Below, one piece after another: positions 1 to 8,577 of a stretch of DNA of 64,000 bases. The position numbers were made by a program, and so were the translations under genes. Source of the stretch: Candidatus Poribacteria bacterium (GTDB lineage Bacteria > Poribacteria > WGA-4E > PCPOR2b); the NCBI GenBank assembly GCA_965215015.1, contig OZ244042.1:3584001-3648000 (forward strand), read 5' to 3'. Under the pieces are notes generated by a model. The model saw nothing but the letters and a program-made list of their open reading frames with translations. It was not told where the DNA came from and searched no databases. Position 1 is the first letter of the stretch. Each line of letters opens with the position of its first letter.

Positions 1-2362
1 GTTTGTTATTCTTTCGCGGCTCAATGCCTTCAGTGAGCGTGTTCCCAGAACTATCTATTTGGTCAATTCGCAACAGTTTCTGACCTGCATCCTTGTAGAA
101 GTTTTGAAAAGCGGTCATTTGCCCCATATTGAACAGGTTGTGAACCTCTTGGTTAACTGTCAGAATCGGTTCAGTACCGCGCTTTCTGCCGAGCGTGGTC
201 TGCCGGCTGAGGGCCTCCCGGTAAGCTCCTAAGTACCTCTGCCAATTGTTGGATACCGCTACTGCCGAATATTCTGGAAATTGCTTTGGAATTAGACCCC
301 TGAGTACACCTTCAACGAAACTCCTCCCCCCGGGCACCGATGCAAAATCGGTGGCAAGTTCGGAGGGGACGAAAATAGCCTCTGCCTTAATCTCCGGCGA
401 AAAGAAATAGTGGACAAGTTCATTGAGAATCCGTTCTTTCAGAAAATTAACTTCGGTTTCCTGATTTTCCCGCTGCACGATAGCCTGCGTTGATTCATCA
501 TCAAAAAAGTTCAATATAGAAAGCAAAAGCAGCGGCGTTATTGACTCCGGCAGGAATAACTCCCCCAATTTGCCGATGTCTTCCGGAATTGCCTGTGGGT
601 TAATTGGTTTTTTCATGTTAAAGCGAAACGCAAGACTGGTGGCCTCAATGTGGCATGTGTTGCGTACACTCTGAATCATGTCCAAAGTAAACCGGATATA
701 AAGCGAACTTTCGGAGGCTTGGTTTAGATGATGTGGAAATATTGCCTCACGCGTCTGTGATTCCATTCCAATATCAACGGTTAACGTTCGCTCAGGATAC
801 TTCCGTAAGAGAGTTCCTCTCAAATCCATTATCTGGCGTTCTGCATTTCCACGTCTGCCGCCGCGCTCAATCCAGCCTTCGCGCCCCGTTTTCAGAGTTA
901 AAATTGTTGGAATCACCTGCTTGCGAAAAGCACTGACTGCCTCCCGATGTACCTCGGGATTTGTTGGATTAAACGAATCTTTTAGCAACTTAAGAATTTC
1001 GTTCAGTTTGTCTACCCCAAGCAAATCGTCTCGGTAACACACCAGGGTTGGCCGCCCGGTTACCTTTGTGATAACGTGTTGTCCCAAAAGGGATTGGACA
1101 ACAGTTCCTCTCTCCGGATCCGGAATGCCGTGCTTCTGGACTACCTCTGGTGGGACTCCCTCTGCTGGATGGACACACAACAATTTGACGAGTTTACGTC
1201 TCTCGTCATTGTTGATAAGGGGCAATTCCATTATTTGGGCATGTGCTTGCACCGTTTCCGTCTCTTGACTGCCATAGGTAATGTGTCCGGAAAGGTAATC
1301 TTCACAGAAATCAAAGAGAGAATAGGGCTGCTTATTCTCTGTATAGTGAAGTGAGGCACGACTGAACGTCTTCACTACCGAACGTGGGCCGCTCATCAGA
1401 TCTCTCGCTCGGGAATGCCGTAAAAACTGCCCGAGTGCGTTCAAAACGTCGTCATCAATCGCGGCTTTCTCTGTGGGAGATAACCCACGTGAAATCGCCA
1501 GCTTGTTCCAGAGATGCGATGCAAACTCAGTTTGCCCGTAGAATTGCTCCAAGTCGATCAGGCTTCCCTCCGGTTTATTAAACCGCGCGAGGATGTGTTT
1601 CGCCCGTCTATCAATGTCGGCATGCGTCTGGCGATAGGTGAAGGCAACACAGCCGATTGGGAGCCTCTCTTCACCGTGAATTCCAAAGATAAAATCTTTG
1701 AGATAATTGTAGTTCTGTGCAGTATCCAGATTGTCCTTAAAGAGTTCAAACTCATCCGGCAAAATCAAGAGACCCTTGTAACCTGCCTTCAAGAGCGTCT
1801 CAGTAGCAAAGTGAAGGTAATCCAAGAGTTGGCGTGGTGAGAGGGTATCTAGGAGTCTCCCCTCCGCTTTCAAACGTGTGATTGCTCTCCGCGCCTGTTC
1901 AGAGGTGAGTTCTTCTTCACGTGCCATTCTCTGTGCTAATACCTCTTCGTCAACTTGGACAACCGCCCTATGCTTCTGCTCTAAATTGGGGATAAGTTCC
2001 GGCCGCGTGGACTTTAAGCGGTAGCAAACCCATCCGTGCGTTGCGGTGAGCATATCGGCGAGACTGTTCCATATAAATGGGGGCACGGCTACAACACCCT
2101 GCGCTTCGGCGTATTTCCACAACGATGCTCCGGTAGATGTCTTGCCGTAGCCGGTATCCGCATAGATTAACCCGGTGGTAGATTGCCCTTTCAGGAGATT
2201 GTTAAGGATTGCAGCCCATCGACTCTCCACATCTGCGATGGCAATGTAGGTGGCGACGTGATACTGAAACTTGCGTTCCCACTCTTCGGGTGCGCTTGCT
2301 ACGTCGTTAGCTGATGGCGTGGCAATAGTGGGTTCTTTGTCAATAATATCGGCAAGTGGCAT
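1..2362 (-). CDS. Large AAA+ P-loop ATPase, BrxC/SspC/ORC-Cdc6-like; 3' end runs off the window (>=787 aa)
   Basis: Manual translation from ATG 2362 (RBS GAAGGA; alternative ATG 2368) reads MPLADIIDKEPTIATPS... and appears open to base 2. Motifs: Walker A ADTGYGKT, Walker B LLILPDEFE, Arg-finger-like ILARF, sensor-2-like SGPRSVV. Not in the ORF track because no stop lies inside the window. Confidence 0.85.
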   Translation of the reverse strand, partial: MPLADIIDKEPTIATPSANDVASAPEEWERKFQYHVATYIAIADVESRWAAILNNLLKGQSTTGLIYADTGYGKTSTGASLWKYAEAQGVVAVPPFIWNSLADMLTATHGWVCYRLKSTRPELIPNLEQKHRAVVQVDEEVLAQRMAREEELTSEQARRAITRLKAEGRLLDTLSPRQLLDYLHFATETLLKAGYKGLLILPDEFELFKDNLDTAQNYNYLKDFIFGIHGEERLPIGCVAFTYRQTHADIDRRAKHILARFNKPEGSLIDLEQFYGQTEFASHLWNKLAISRGLSPTEKAAIDDDVLNALGQFLRHSRARDLMSGPRSVVKTFSRASLHYTENKQPYSLFDFCEDYLSGHITYGSQETETVQAHAQIMELPLINNDERRKLVKLLCVHPAEGVPPEVVQKHGIPDPERGTVVQSLLGQHVITKVTGRPTLVCYRDDLLGVDKLNEILKLLKDSFNPTNPEVHREAVSAFRKQVIPTILTLKTGREGWIERGGRRGNAERQIMDLRGTLLRKYPERTLTVDIGMESQTREAIFPHHLNQASESSLYIRFTLDMIQSVRNTCHIEATSLAFRFNMKKPINPQAIPEDIGKLGELFLPESITPLLLLSILNFFDDESTQAIVQRENQETEVNFLKERILNELVHYFFSPEIKAEAIFVPSELATDFASVPGGRSFVEGVLRGLIPKQFPEYSAVAVSNNWQRYLGAYREALSRQTTLGRKRGTEPILTVNQEVHNLFNMGQMTAFQNFYKDAGQKLLRIDQIDSSGNTLTEGIEPRKNNK

Positions 2363-2378
2363 AGGCATTCCTTCTTAA

Positions 2379-3209
2379 TTAAAAATCTGCAATTTTCGGT
2401 TCGCGCTCAATGACGAGATAAAGTCCCACTGTCCGCTGGACTGAAATATACGAAAAGCGGCGGAGCGTCTCATTGAGCATAAAATCAAATTGGTTTTCTT
2501 CAATTAGGCAAAAGCGGCAAACTGATAATCTCCGCGCCGCGTCAATTGCTACCAAGTCGCCAAATTCGTTTCCGGCTTCTCTAGCCATCCAACTCAAGCC
2601 CATCAGAAACAGGGCTGGCGAGCAGGAGGCACGCCGGGTAAAGATAGCACCTCTAAAATTCCTTCTGCCGCCTGAGGTCTCGCTAATACCTTGGAACACA
2701 GGTGGCGAGAGCGGCAAGAGCCAATCATACGCCCCTTTAACAGATTTACTATCAAAGGCAGCATTCCCGATATCAAATTGACTGTTATTCCAATCTAAAA
2801 GACTATCATAAATGTGAGCTACCAAATTCTGATCTTCGGGTAGGGTTTGATAATCCCAAAGATAATTACACACCTGTTGGTAAGCCCAGGATGCAATATG
2901 CTGCTCGGGAGTATATTGGCTCCACAAGCCATACTGCAACCCATGCAAAACATCAACGGCAGCGTTCGAGTTCTTTTCCCACAAGGAATAGAATTCGTTT
3001 CCCTCCGGAGTGAGTTTCTGCTGTGCGGATTCTGCAAGTCCCCATTCGCTGAGCAACAAAACGATTTCGTAGGCCTTATTAGTTACGGTAAAGCCTTTTT
3101 CGCGGACAGCGCGAACCATATCACGCCGCTGGAGACCTGGCTTGTCTTTCAGAACCCATAACGCACTCTCTAGGTCCGAAAAACCTTTGAGGATATGTAG
3201 TCTTGGCAT
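2379..3209 (-). CDS. Winged-helix-type hypothetical protein, possibly a distant DUF4007/SspB/BrxA relative
   Basis: 276 aa, tightly packed between the TGT-like gene and the ATPase. 'LSEWGL...KLTPEG' wing motif, then 'LHGL...ASWAY' and 'FTRRASCSPALFLMGL', a layout reminiscent of DUF4007. The family call is by eye. Confidence 0.55.
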   Translation of the reverse strand: MPRLHILKGFSDLESALWVLKDKPGLQRRDMVRAVREKGFTVTNKAYEIVLLLSEWGLAESAQQKLTPEGNEFYSLWEKNSNAAVDVLHGLQYGLWSQYTPEQHIASWAYQQVCNYLWDYQTLPEDQNLVAHIYDSLLDWNNSQFDIGNAAFDSKSVKGAYDWLLPLSPPVFQGISETSGGRRNFRGAIFTRRASCSPALFLMGLSWMAREAGNEFGDLVAIDAARRLSVCRFCLIEENQFDFMLNETLRRFSYISVQRTVGLYLVIEREPKIADF

Positions 3210-3223
3210 ATTCCTATTTAATC

Positions 3224-4801
3224 CTAGCTATGTATTGGTAGACCGGTTATTTCTAGCATTCGATAGTAGTGTGGTGAACACTCCTTCAGAATTCCCCATT
3301 GTGGCTCACGGTAGTGTGCCACTAGTTCTGCCATCACCGTCAGGTTGTGCATAATGCGGAGCCACCTTCCGTCCCCGTCTGAAAGTTTATTAAAGGATTC
3401 ACAAAACGGACAGCGATGCCCTGTCTCCAATTTGAGGGGCTCAAGTTCGTCTTTATAGATGTGAGTGTACCCGCGGGTTTTGCAGTCAATCCTTCGACCA
3501 AAGACGAAGGGAAAGAATATAGTGCCATATCCTCCCGAACGCATCCAACTGTTGGAGTCAAAAGTACTGATTCCGATGCTTGCCAAACAGAAGACAGCAG
3601 GTGGTGATGAGATGCCGAAACTATGGAGCGCAGTACCGTTGAGTTGCGATGTTAGCTTGCTTAACAAACTGAGCACATCCGCATTGAGTCGGTTGATAGA
3701 ATTCGTGGCACCGTTAGTTGCAAATGAACCGAAACCGATACGTCTTGACTCAGTAATTAGAGATTCATAGTTTTGCAGACAGTAGTCAAGATGGGAAGGT
3801 TGTTTAGCATGTACCACCGGCATCACCCGTTCACGAATTTCGTTCGGGCATTGGTAGGTGAAACTTACACTGCCATCAACCGTCTGCCTGATTTTGTCTT
3901 CAGCAGTAGACATGGAGTCTCTGCTAAGCGGTGGATTATCCGGCAGAATGTAAATGTCTGCCCAGTCCTCCGTGTGGTAGATGTCAAGCAATTTCGAGTA
4001 GAGTTCGTTGTAGGTGATGTCCCCTTTCTGGACGAAGTAGCCTCCGGAGTCGAACATGACCTCTTCGGTTTCCCCGGTGCGTTTGAGTTCTCGCACAAAG
4101 GCGAACGTCGTAGGGCTGGCCAGCACAGGCGAGATTAGCAATCTTTGGAACGGATTCGGTTTGCCTCGCGGCCAGTGAAAATCGTGGGCATAGGTATGCC
4201 AGAGCTCGTAGGTTTTCCGTATTTCTCCGGGTGCGATTGTTGCCGAAGCAAAAAAATGGGGAGGATGCACAGGTAAGGTGTCAAAAAATCCGTTTTCGTT
4301 CAATTCCAACCTGCGGGGCAGCGGCGGAAGGGTGTATTGCCACACGTTTAGGGGGCGTTTTTTCCCCGGTTCCGTGCCCGTTCGCTTAAATTGAAGTTGC
4401 TCGTAAAACCTGTTCGCGGGGAGTGTCTGAGGGCATTTGAGCCGCACGTGTACGCCGCCGGCCACATTCACGAACCAGGTTAATCGCTGAATGAGCCGTT
4501 TCCCGATGTTCTGTTTTCGATACGGTTTGTCAACGGCAATGTCGTAAAGCGTCGCGTTGTGATCTTGGCGGATGCGGAAGTTTGCAAATCCGATAACCTT
4601 TTCGTCTCGGACGGCCACGAGAAGCCATTGATTTTTCTGCGCGTCGCGCAAGATGGGTGCCCTAATGAATCCCAATTCTTCCTTATGCCGGTCTGCGACA
4701 GCCTTGGCCCCGTCGACATCTTCGGCCCACGCGAGGCGAATCGTAACAGGTTGGAGCGCGCTAGGCAGAATGTGTGTTTTACTTGGGGATGAGGGCTTCA
4801 A
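3224..4801 (-). CDS. GNAT acetyltransferase fused to a tRNA-guanine transglycosylase (TGT/DpdA)-like domain
   Basis: N-terminal GNAT motifs YDIAVDKPYRKQNIG and PANRFYEQLQF. C-terminal TGT motifs MFDSGGY, YILPDNPP, MPVVHA, IGFGSF, LHSFGISSP, TFDSNSW, and a Zn site HRCPFC...MHN. Confidence 0.85.
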   Translation of the reverse strand: MKPSSPSKTHILPSALQPVTIRLAWAEDVDGAKAVADRHKEELGFIRAPILRDAQKNQWLLVAVRDEKVIGFANFRIRQDHNATLYDIAVDKPYRKQNIGKRLIQRLTWFVNVAGGVHVRLKCPQTLPANRFYEQLQFKRTGTEPGKKRPLNVWQYTLPPLPRRLELNENGFFDTLPVHPPHFFASATIAPGEIRKTYELWHTYAHDFHWPRGKPNPFQRLLISPVLASPTTFAFVRELKRTGETEEVMFDSGGYFVQKGDITYNELYSKLLDIYHTEDWADIYILPDNPPLSRDSMSTAEDKIRQTVDGSVSFTYQCPNEIRERVMPVVHAKQPSHLDYCLQNYESLITESRRIGFGSFATNGATNSINRLNADVLSLLSKLTSQLNGTALHSFGISSPPAVFCLASIGISTFDSNSWMRSGGYGTIFFPFVFGRRIDCKTRGYTHIYKDELEPLKLETGHRCPFCESFNKLSDGDGRWLRIMHNLTVMAELVAHYREPQWGILKECSPHYYRMLEITGLPIHS

Positions 4802-5696
4802 ATTCTAACTCACCGGGATCCGTTTGAGAACCGCAATTTTTGATATGAATCAGCTCATCAACGTTTTTATTTGAAATATCCACAAACTTTGTATTCGTGA
4901 GTTTTGCAGCTTTATACTCTTTGCAAAACCCTTCCATCGTTAGGTTTGAAATAGTATCACTCATATCATATTTTTCCATCACCTGATCTTCTAGGTCCGG
5001 TAAAACATCTCCGCTTTTGCTATAGTCGTGGTAATCTCCGATGGAGATTCCGGCGTTGATAGCCGCACGGAGTAATAATCTAACCTTATTCGAGCCTTTT
5101 GCCTTTAACTCGCCCCAATGGTCTTTCGACCATGATGTTAGGCTCCCGTTACCTTTACTATTACTCCCGATCTGCCCGTTATTCGACGATGATGTTAGGC
5201 TCCCGTTACCCTTACCATTACTCCCGATCTGCCCGTTAGGAGGCTTTTTGGTTTTTCCCTTCAGTCCGGCGTTGATTGACGACGTCCAACCTTTTGATAC
5301 CTTTTCATCGTAGGAGAAGGTAACTGTCATCCTAAGCTTGACAGCGTGCTTTTCATCAATTTCTAACGCATTCAGCTCGTCACAGATATCTGCCAAGGCC
5401 TGTCTGATAGGCGTGTAAACACCGGATTTTGTGGCTTTAGTGTTGCCATCCGAGTCTGTCTTTTCAACAGGCTCCACTGACCACAACTTCGTGACGGTTT
5501 CGATAAAGGTTTTCTGTACAGACTCAAACTCGATATCGTTGATGATTTCATCACGTTTATCGCAGAATTCCTTTACGTTTTCAATGCCGGCCTCTTTGAA
5601 GCCGCCGCTAATAATCAGTGGCGTGAAACTCTGGATTACGGTTGTTTCGTCCATGCCAATGGTTGATTGGATTAAACTTCTAAACGTAAAGCTCAT
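4779..5696 (-). CDS. Hypothetical Lys-rich protein with an internal 19-aa duplication
   Basis: 305-aa ORF with a strong RBS (GAAGGAAGAG). Its stop overlaps the start of the GNAT-TGT gene. Confidence 0.75.
   Translation of the reverse strand: MSFTFRSLIQSTIGMDETTVIQSFTPLIISGGFKEAGIENVKEFCDKRDEIINDIEFESVQKTFIETVTKLWSVEPVEKTDSDGNTKATKSGVYTPIRQALADICDELNALEIDEKHAVKLRMTVTFSYDEKVSKGWTSSINAGLKGKTKKPPNGQIGSNGKGNGSLTSSSNNGQIGSNSKGNGSLTSWSKDHWGELKAKGSNKVRLLLRAAINAGISIGDYHDYSKSGDVLPDLEDQVMEKYDMSDTISNLTMEGFCKEYKAAKLTNTKFVDISNKNVDELIHIKNCGSQTDPGELEFEALIPK
5125..5238. repeat. 57-bp tandem duplication (2 copies, 3 mismatches), in-frame
   Basis: ttcgac(c/g)atgatgttaggctcccgttacc(t/c)ttac(t/c)attactcccgatctgcccgtta at 5125-5181 and 5182-5238. 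Confidence 0.95.
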
Positions 5697-5989
5697 TTTC
5701 TCTTCCTTCTTTAATCCACGCTATACTACTGCTATAGCATAGCGTGAAAGTGAACATCGCCCGGCCCGTTTCTATTCTGATCGGCAGATATACAGAGATA
5801 TAGAATTGCGACTGTATTATCCGTCCCAATCCGAATGTAAAGGAACGCTGATCAAAATTTCGATCAGAGAAATTCTGGTTTACGGATTGCCTAACCGTTG
5901 CGTCCCAAAGCCAATTCACATGCGCTTTTTAATGCGTTAAAGACTGCACTCGACGCTTTGCACACACAATATATCAAAATGTTGCGTAT

Positions 5990-6018
5990 ATCATATACAA
6001 GCAGTTTCACATTGTCAA
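5990..6018 (-). promoter_or_regulatory. Sigma70-type promoter for the leftward operon
   Basis: TTGACA (6018-6013), 17 nt spacer, TATGAT (5995-5990). Confidence 0.7.
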
Positions 6019-6140
6019 GTCTATTTTTCACTTTTTGCCAAAACATGGCTGGCGCGGGTGCTGAGTCCTTTTGCTCTCCAAGTGTCTACAGTTTGTGCTA
6101 TTTTACTCATGCCCTTGATCCAAGTTTGTTAATTGGGACC

Positions 6141-6168
6141 ATTATAAGTAAAGGTCAAAAAAAGTCAA
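6141..6168 (-). promoter_or_regulatory. Second sigma70-type promoter, leftward
   Basis: TTGACT (6168-6163), 16 nt spacer, TATAAT (6146-6141). Confidence 0.55.
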
Positions 6169-6405
6169 GCTATTAAATAGTGGAAACCCATAGGTACAGG
6201 ATAGCGGCCTAAACCCGCCCCTACGGGTTTTTACGAGGCAATGTCTGGGACACTGCATGCCTGATATAGAAACGCAACGCTGCGTTAAAGGGCATTGACT
6301 GGCAATTTACAACGAAGGATGTCCGGATTTGATTCAAACGACTCTACCTACAAGTAAAAATTGAGGAAGCACGAAGCTCTCGCAGATTCAATAGCTATCA
6401 AGGCG

Positions 6406-7653
6406 TCAATCCGCCTCATAGCCGGTCAATTCGACGTATCCGTGACCGGCGACGGTTGCTCCATCGATCTGCCCACGCACCCGGACGGCACCTTCCCAAT
6501 ACGTGAAGCTCGCGCGCAACTCCTGATTCGGGATGAGCGGTTCGACCTGAAGAGTGATCTTCAATTCTGGAAAGGTTATTTGCCAGCCGGAGGGATAGGT
6601 AGCACCGCTTTCTGGACTCGTCCACTGACGGGTAGAGGTCAATGTGAAATCTGGCTTCCCAACGCGCAGCTGCTGTCCGTTGGGGTATACCAAAGTGCCT
6701 TCAAACGTTTGTGGATCACATGACTGGTCGGACCGACGGAGGCAATACAACATCAATGCAATGCCATCTTCCAACTGTAAGCTGAACCAGTCCCAACCCA
6801 CGAATCCCTCGCCGAGGAAACTGGTACCGAACTCATGGTCCATCCAGCTGACTCCACTTACAGCTACTGTTTTGCCGTTGATTGTGATTTTGCCAGTCGT
6901 TTCCAACTCAACGAGACTATAGTAATAGGTCGCATTCCCCGATTCGGGACCCTTTTGGCTCAATCCACGGTCTCCGTGCAGTATCGGTGGGCGCGTCTGT
7001 CGCAAGTTGAGTGATAACCTAATGTGTGGTTCTGCCTCGATAAAATGGGCATTTGAAGCAGCCTGCAAGCGCATCACTCCTGACTCTGCTTCCGTGGCAG
7101 ACCAATCTTCCAGCCAGACTTTGTAGGTTGGATCTCCTGTCGCTCCCGCCAATCCACCTGCCCCCCGGCTCCTGCGTTCAAAGCAGAAATACTCGTTGTT
7201 TGCTGCGTCTGTAAGAGCAAAATGTCCCATGTAAACTTGGTTTGTGGCGAAATGTGAAATCCGCTCTGGCATCTGAGGTGTCAGCGCAAAGCGGAAAAAG
7301 GTTAACTGATAACCGAAAGCCCCCCCATCGTCGGTGTGTAGATTGCCCGTATAATACCACCATTCGATTTGATACTCCGGATGTGCCCCGTGATCGCGTG
7401 GGAACTGAAGCGGCATCGGTTCAAGGGCCCGAGCGAATCTTTTATCGGTTTTGCTGCTCAACACATCAGCAACACCGGCGGAATTTCGCTGTGCCTCCGC
7501 AAAATCTGCGCTTCCAATTACCACCAGAATTACAGTCCATAAATGGAGAATGAAGCGTAGACTGACGGATAGCCATTGGGTCAATGGGATTGTCAATTCT
7601 GGTACACTCTTAGAGATTTTTGTGTTTACAAAACTGGTTGACTGATGTAACAT
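6406..7653 (-). CDS. Lipocalin-like / AttH / CrtC-type secreted hydrolase
   Basis: FPRDHGAHPEYQIEWWYYTGNL, SWMDHEF, GWDWFSLQL, YWEG and GYVELTGY motifs. The true start may lie further downstream. Confidence 0.85.
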   Translation of the reverse strand: MLHQSTSFVNTKISKSVPELTIPLTQWLSVSLRFILHLWTVILVVIGSADFAEAQRNSAGVADVLSSKTDKRFARALEPMPLQFPRDHGAHPEYQIEWWYYTGNLHTDDGGAFGYQLTFFRFALTPQMPERISHFATNQVYMGHFALTDAANNEYFCFERRSRGAGGLAGATGDPTYKVWLEDWSATEAESGVMRLQAASNAHFIEAEPHIRLSLNLRQTRPPILHGDRGLSQKGPESGNATYYYSLVELETTGKITINGKTVAVSGVSWMDHEFGTSFLGEGFVGWDWFSLQLEDGIALMLYCLRRSDQSCDPQTFEGTLVYPNGQQLRVGKPDFTLTSTRQWTSPESGATYPSGWQITFPELKITLQVEPLIPNQELRASFTYWEGAVRVRGQIDGATVAGHGYVELTGYEAD

Positions 7654-7671
7654 ACGCCTGTTCAGATATCT

Positions 7672-7771
7672 AAGTTGCTCCCTGCTACCTTGCTGAGGCT
7701 TTAATATTTCGGAAACACGCTTTTATTCACGTAGCACTCCTCCCTAATAGGATTGGGATTCAAAGCAACTT
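7672..7771. repeat. MITE-like element with AAGTTGCT terminal inverted repeats
   Basis: aagttgct...agcaactt; contains the ggattgggattcaaagcaact motif shared with 37564, 31305, 44262 and 57531. Confidence 0.5.
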
Positions 7772-7870
7772 GAAACCTTTGTCGTTGGAGAGATTTTAAT
7801 CTTCGTCAGATTCTAAACCTTCGGAAGGCTTTATCCACAAACACAACTTGATTGATGAGGAGTAAACCCT

Positions 7871-8491
7871 ATGATCTACGAAATACGAACCTACAACCTG
7901 AAAGTGGGTCAACTTCAGGAATACTGGGAACGCTTCGACGAAAAACTGCCGGCGCGTCAAGAATTATCGAAACTCGGTGGACATTGGTACACTGAAGCGG
8001 GACCGTTGAATCAGATGGTCGCTATTTGGCCTTATGAAAGCCTTGAACAGCGAGCTGAAATCCGACGTGCTGCGGAAGCGGGACCGAATCCGATATGGCC
8101 CCCCGATACAAGCGATCTTATCGTGTCAATGGTATCTGAAATTTTTCTGCCAGCCCCATTTATGACACCCTTAAGCGAAAGAGACATTGGGCCCATATAT
8201 GAGATGCGTATATACACCTATCCTGCGGAGGGGATGCCGCAAGTACTGGAGGCGTGGGGGGCGAGTGTTGCCGAGCGCGAAAAGTTCTCACCGATGGCGG
8301 GCTGCTGGTACTCAGAATTTGGTGGGCTCAACAACTTTATCCATCTATGGGCATATAAGAGTTTTGATGAGCGTCTACGGATACGGGCGGAGACACGGGA
8401 GCAGGGAGTTTGGCCCCCCAAGGGCTCTGTTAGGCCGATTACACAGGAGAGCAAGATCCTGCTTCCCGCCCCTTTTTCGCCGATGCAGTAG
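7871..8491 (+). CDS. NIPSNAP family protein (two domains)
   Basis: Duplicated IYE(I/M)R.Y...W.(T/S)E.G.LN...W.Y.S...R motifs. Confidence 0.9.
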   Translation: MIYEIRTYNLKVGQLQEYWERFDEKLPARQELSKLGGHWYTEAGPLNQMVAIWPYESLEQRAEIRRAAEAGPNPIWPPDTSDLIVSMVSEIFLPAPFMTPLSERDIGPIYEMRIYTYPAEGMPQVLEAWGASVAEREKFSPMAGCWYSEFGGLNNFIHLWAYKSFDERLRIRAETREQGVWPPKGSVRPITQESKILLPAPFSPMQ

Positions 8492-8528
8492 ACAACTCTG
8501 AACTACGGATTGAAAACAAGGCACAAGG

Positions 8529-8564
8529 AGAACCCGAGTTTTTTTTCGGCAAAACTCGGGTTCT
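8529..8564. terminator. Perfect 14-bp inverted repeat; probable terminator or REP-like element
   Basis: agaacccgagtttt / aaaactcgggttct, lying between convergent ORFs. Confidence 0.65.
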
Positions 8565-8577
8565 GTTACACGATTTC

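Noticed and set aside
733-1840. Short ORFs in the track (733-936, 990-1178, 1076-1354, 1514-1840 and others)
   Set aside because: They are shadows of the long minus-strand ATPase frame.
3224-4801. Calling this the housekeeping tgt or a canonical dpdA
   Set aside because: It lacks the N-terminal TPxFMPVGT and GGLAVGE motifs of bacterial Tgt, carries a GNAT fusion, and has no dpdB/dpdC neighbours in view.
5125-5238. Possible CRISPR-like repeat
   Set aside because: Two abutting copies with no spacer, in-frame inside a CDS; no cas genes are present.
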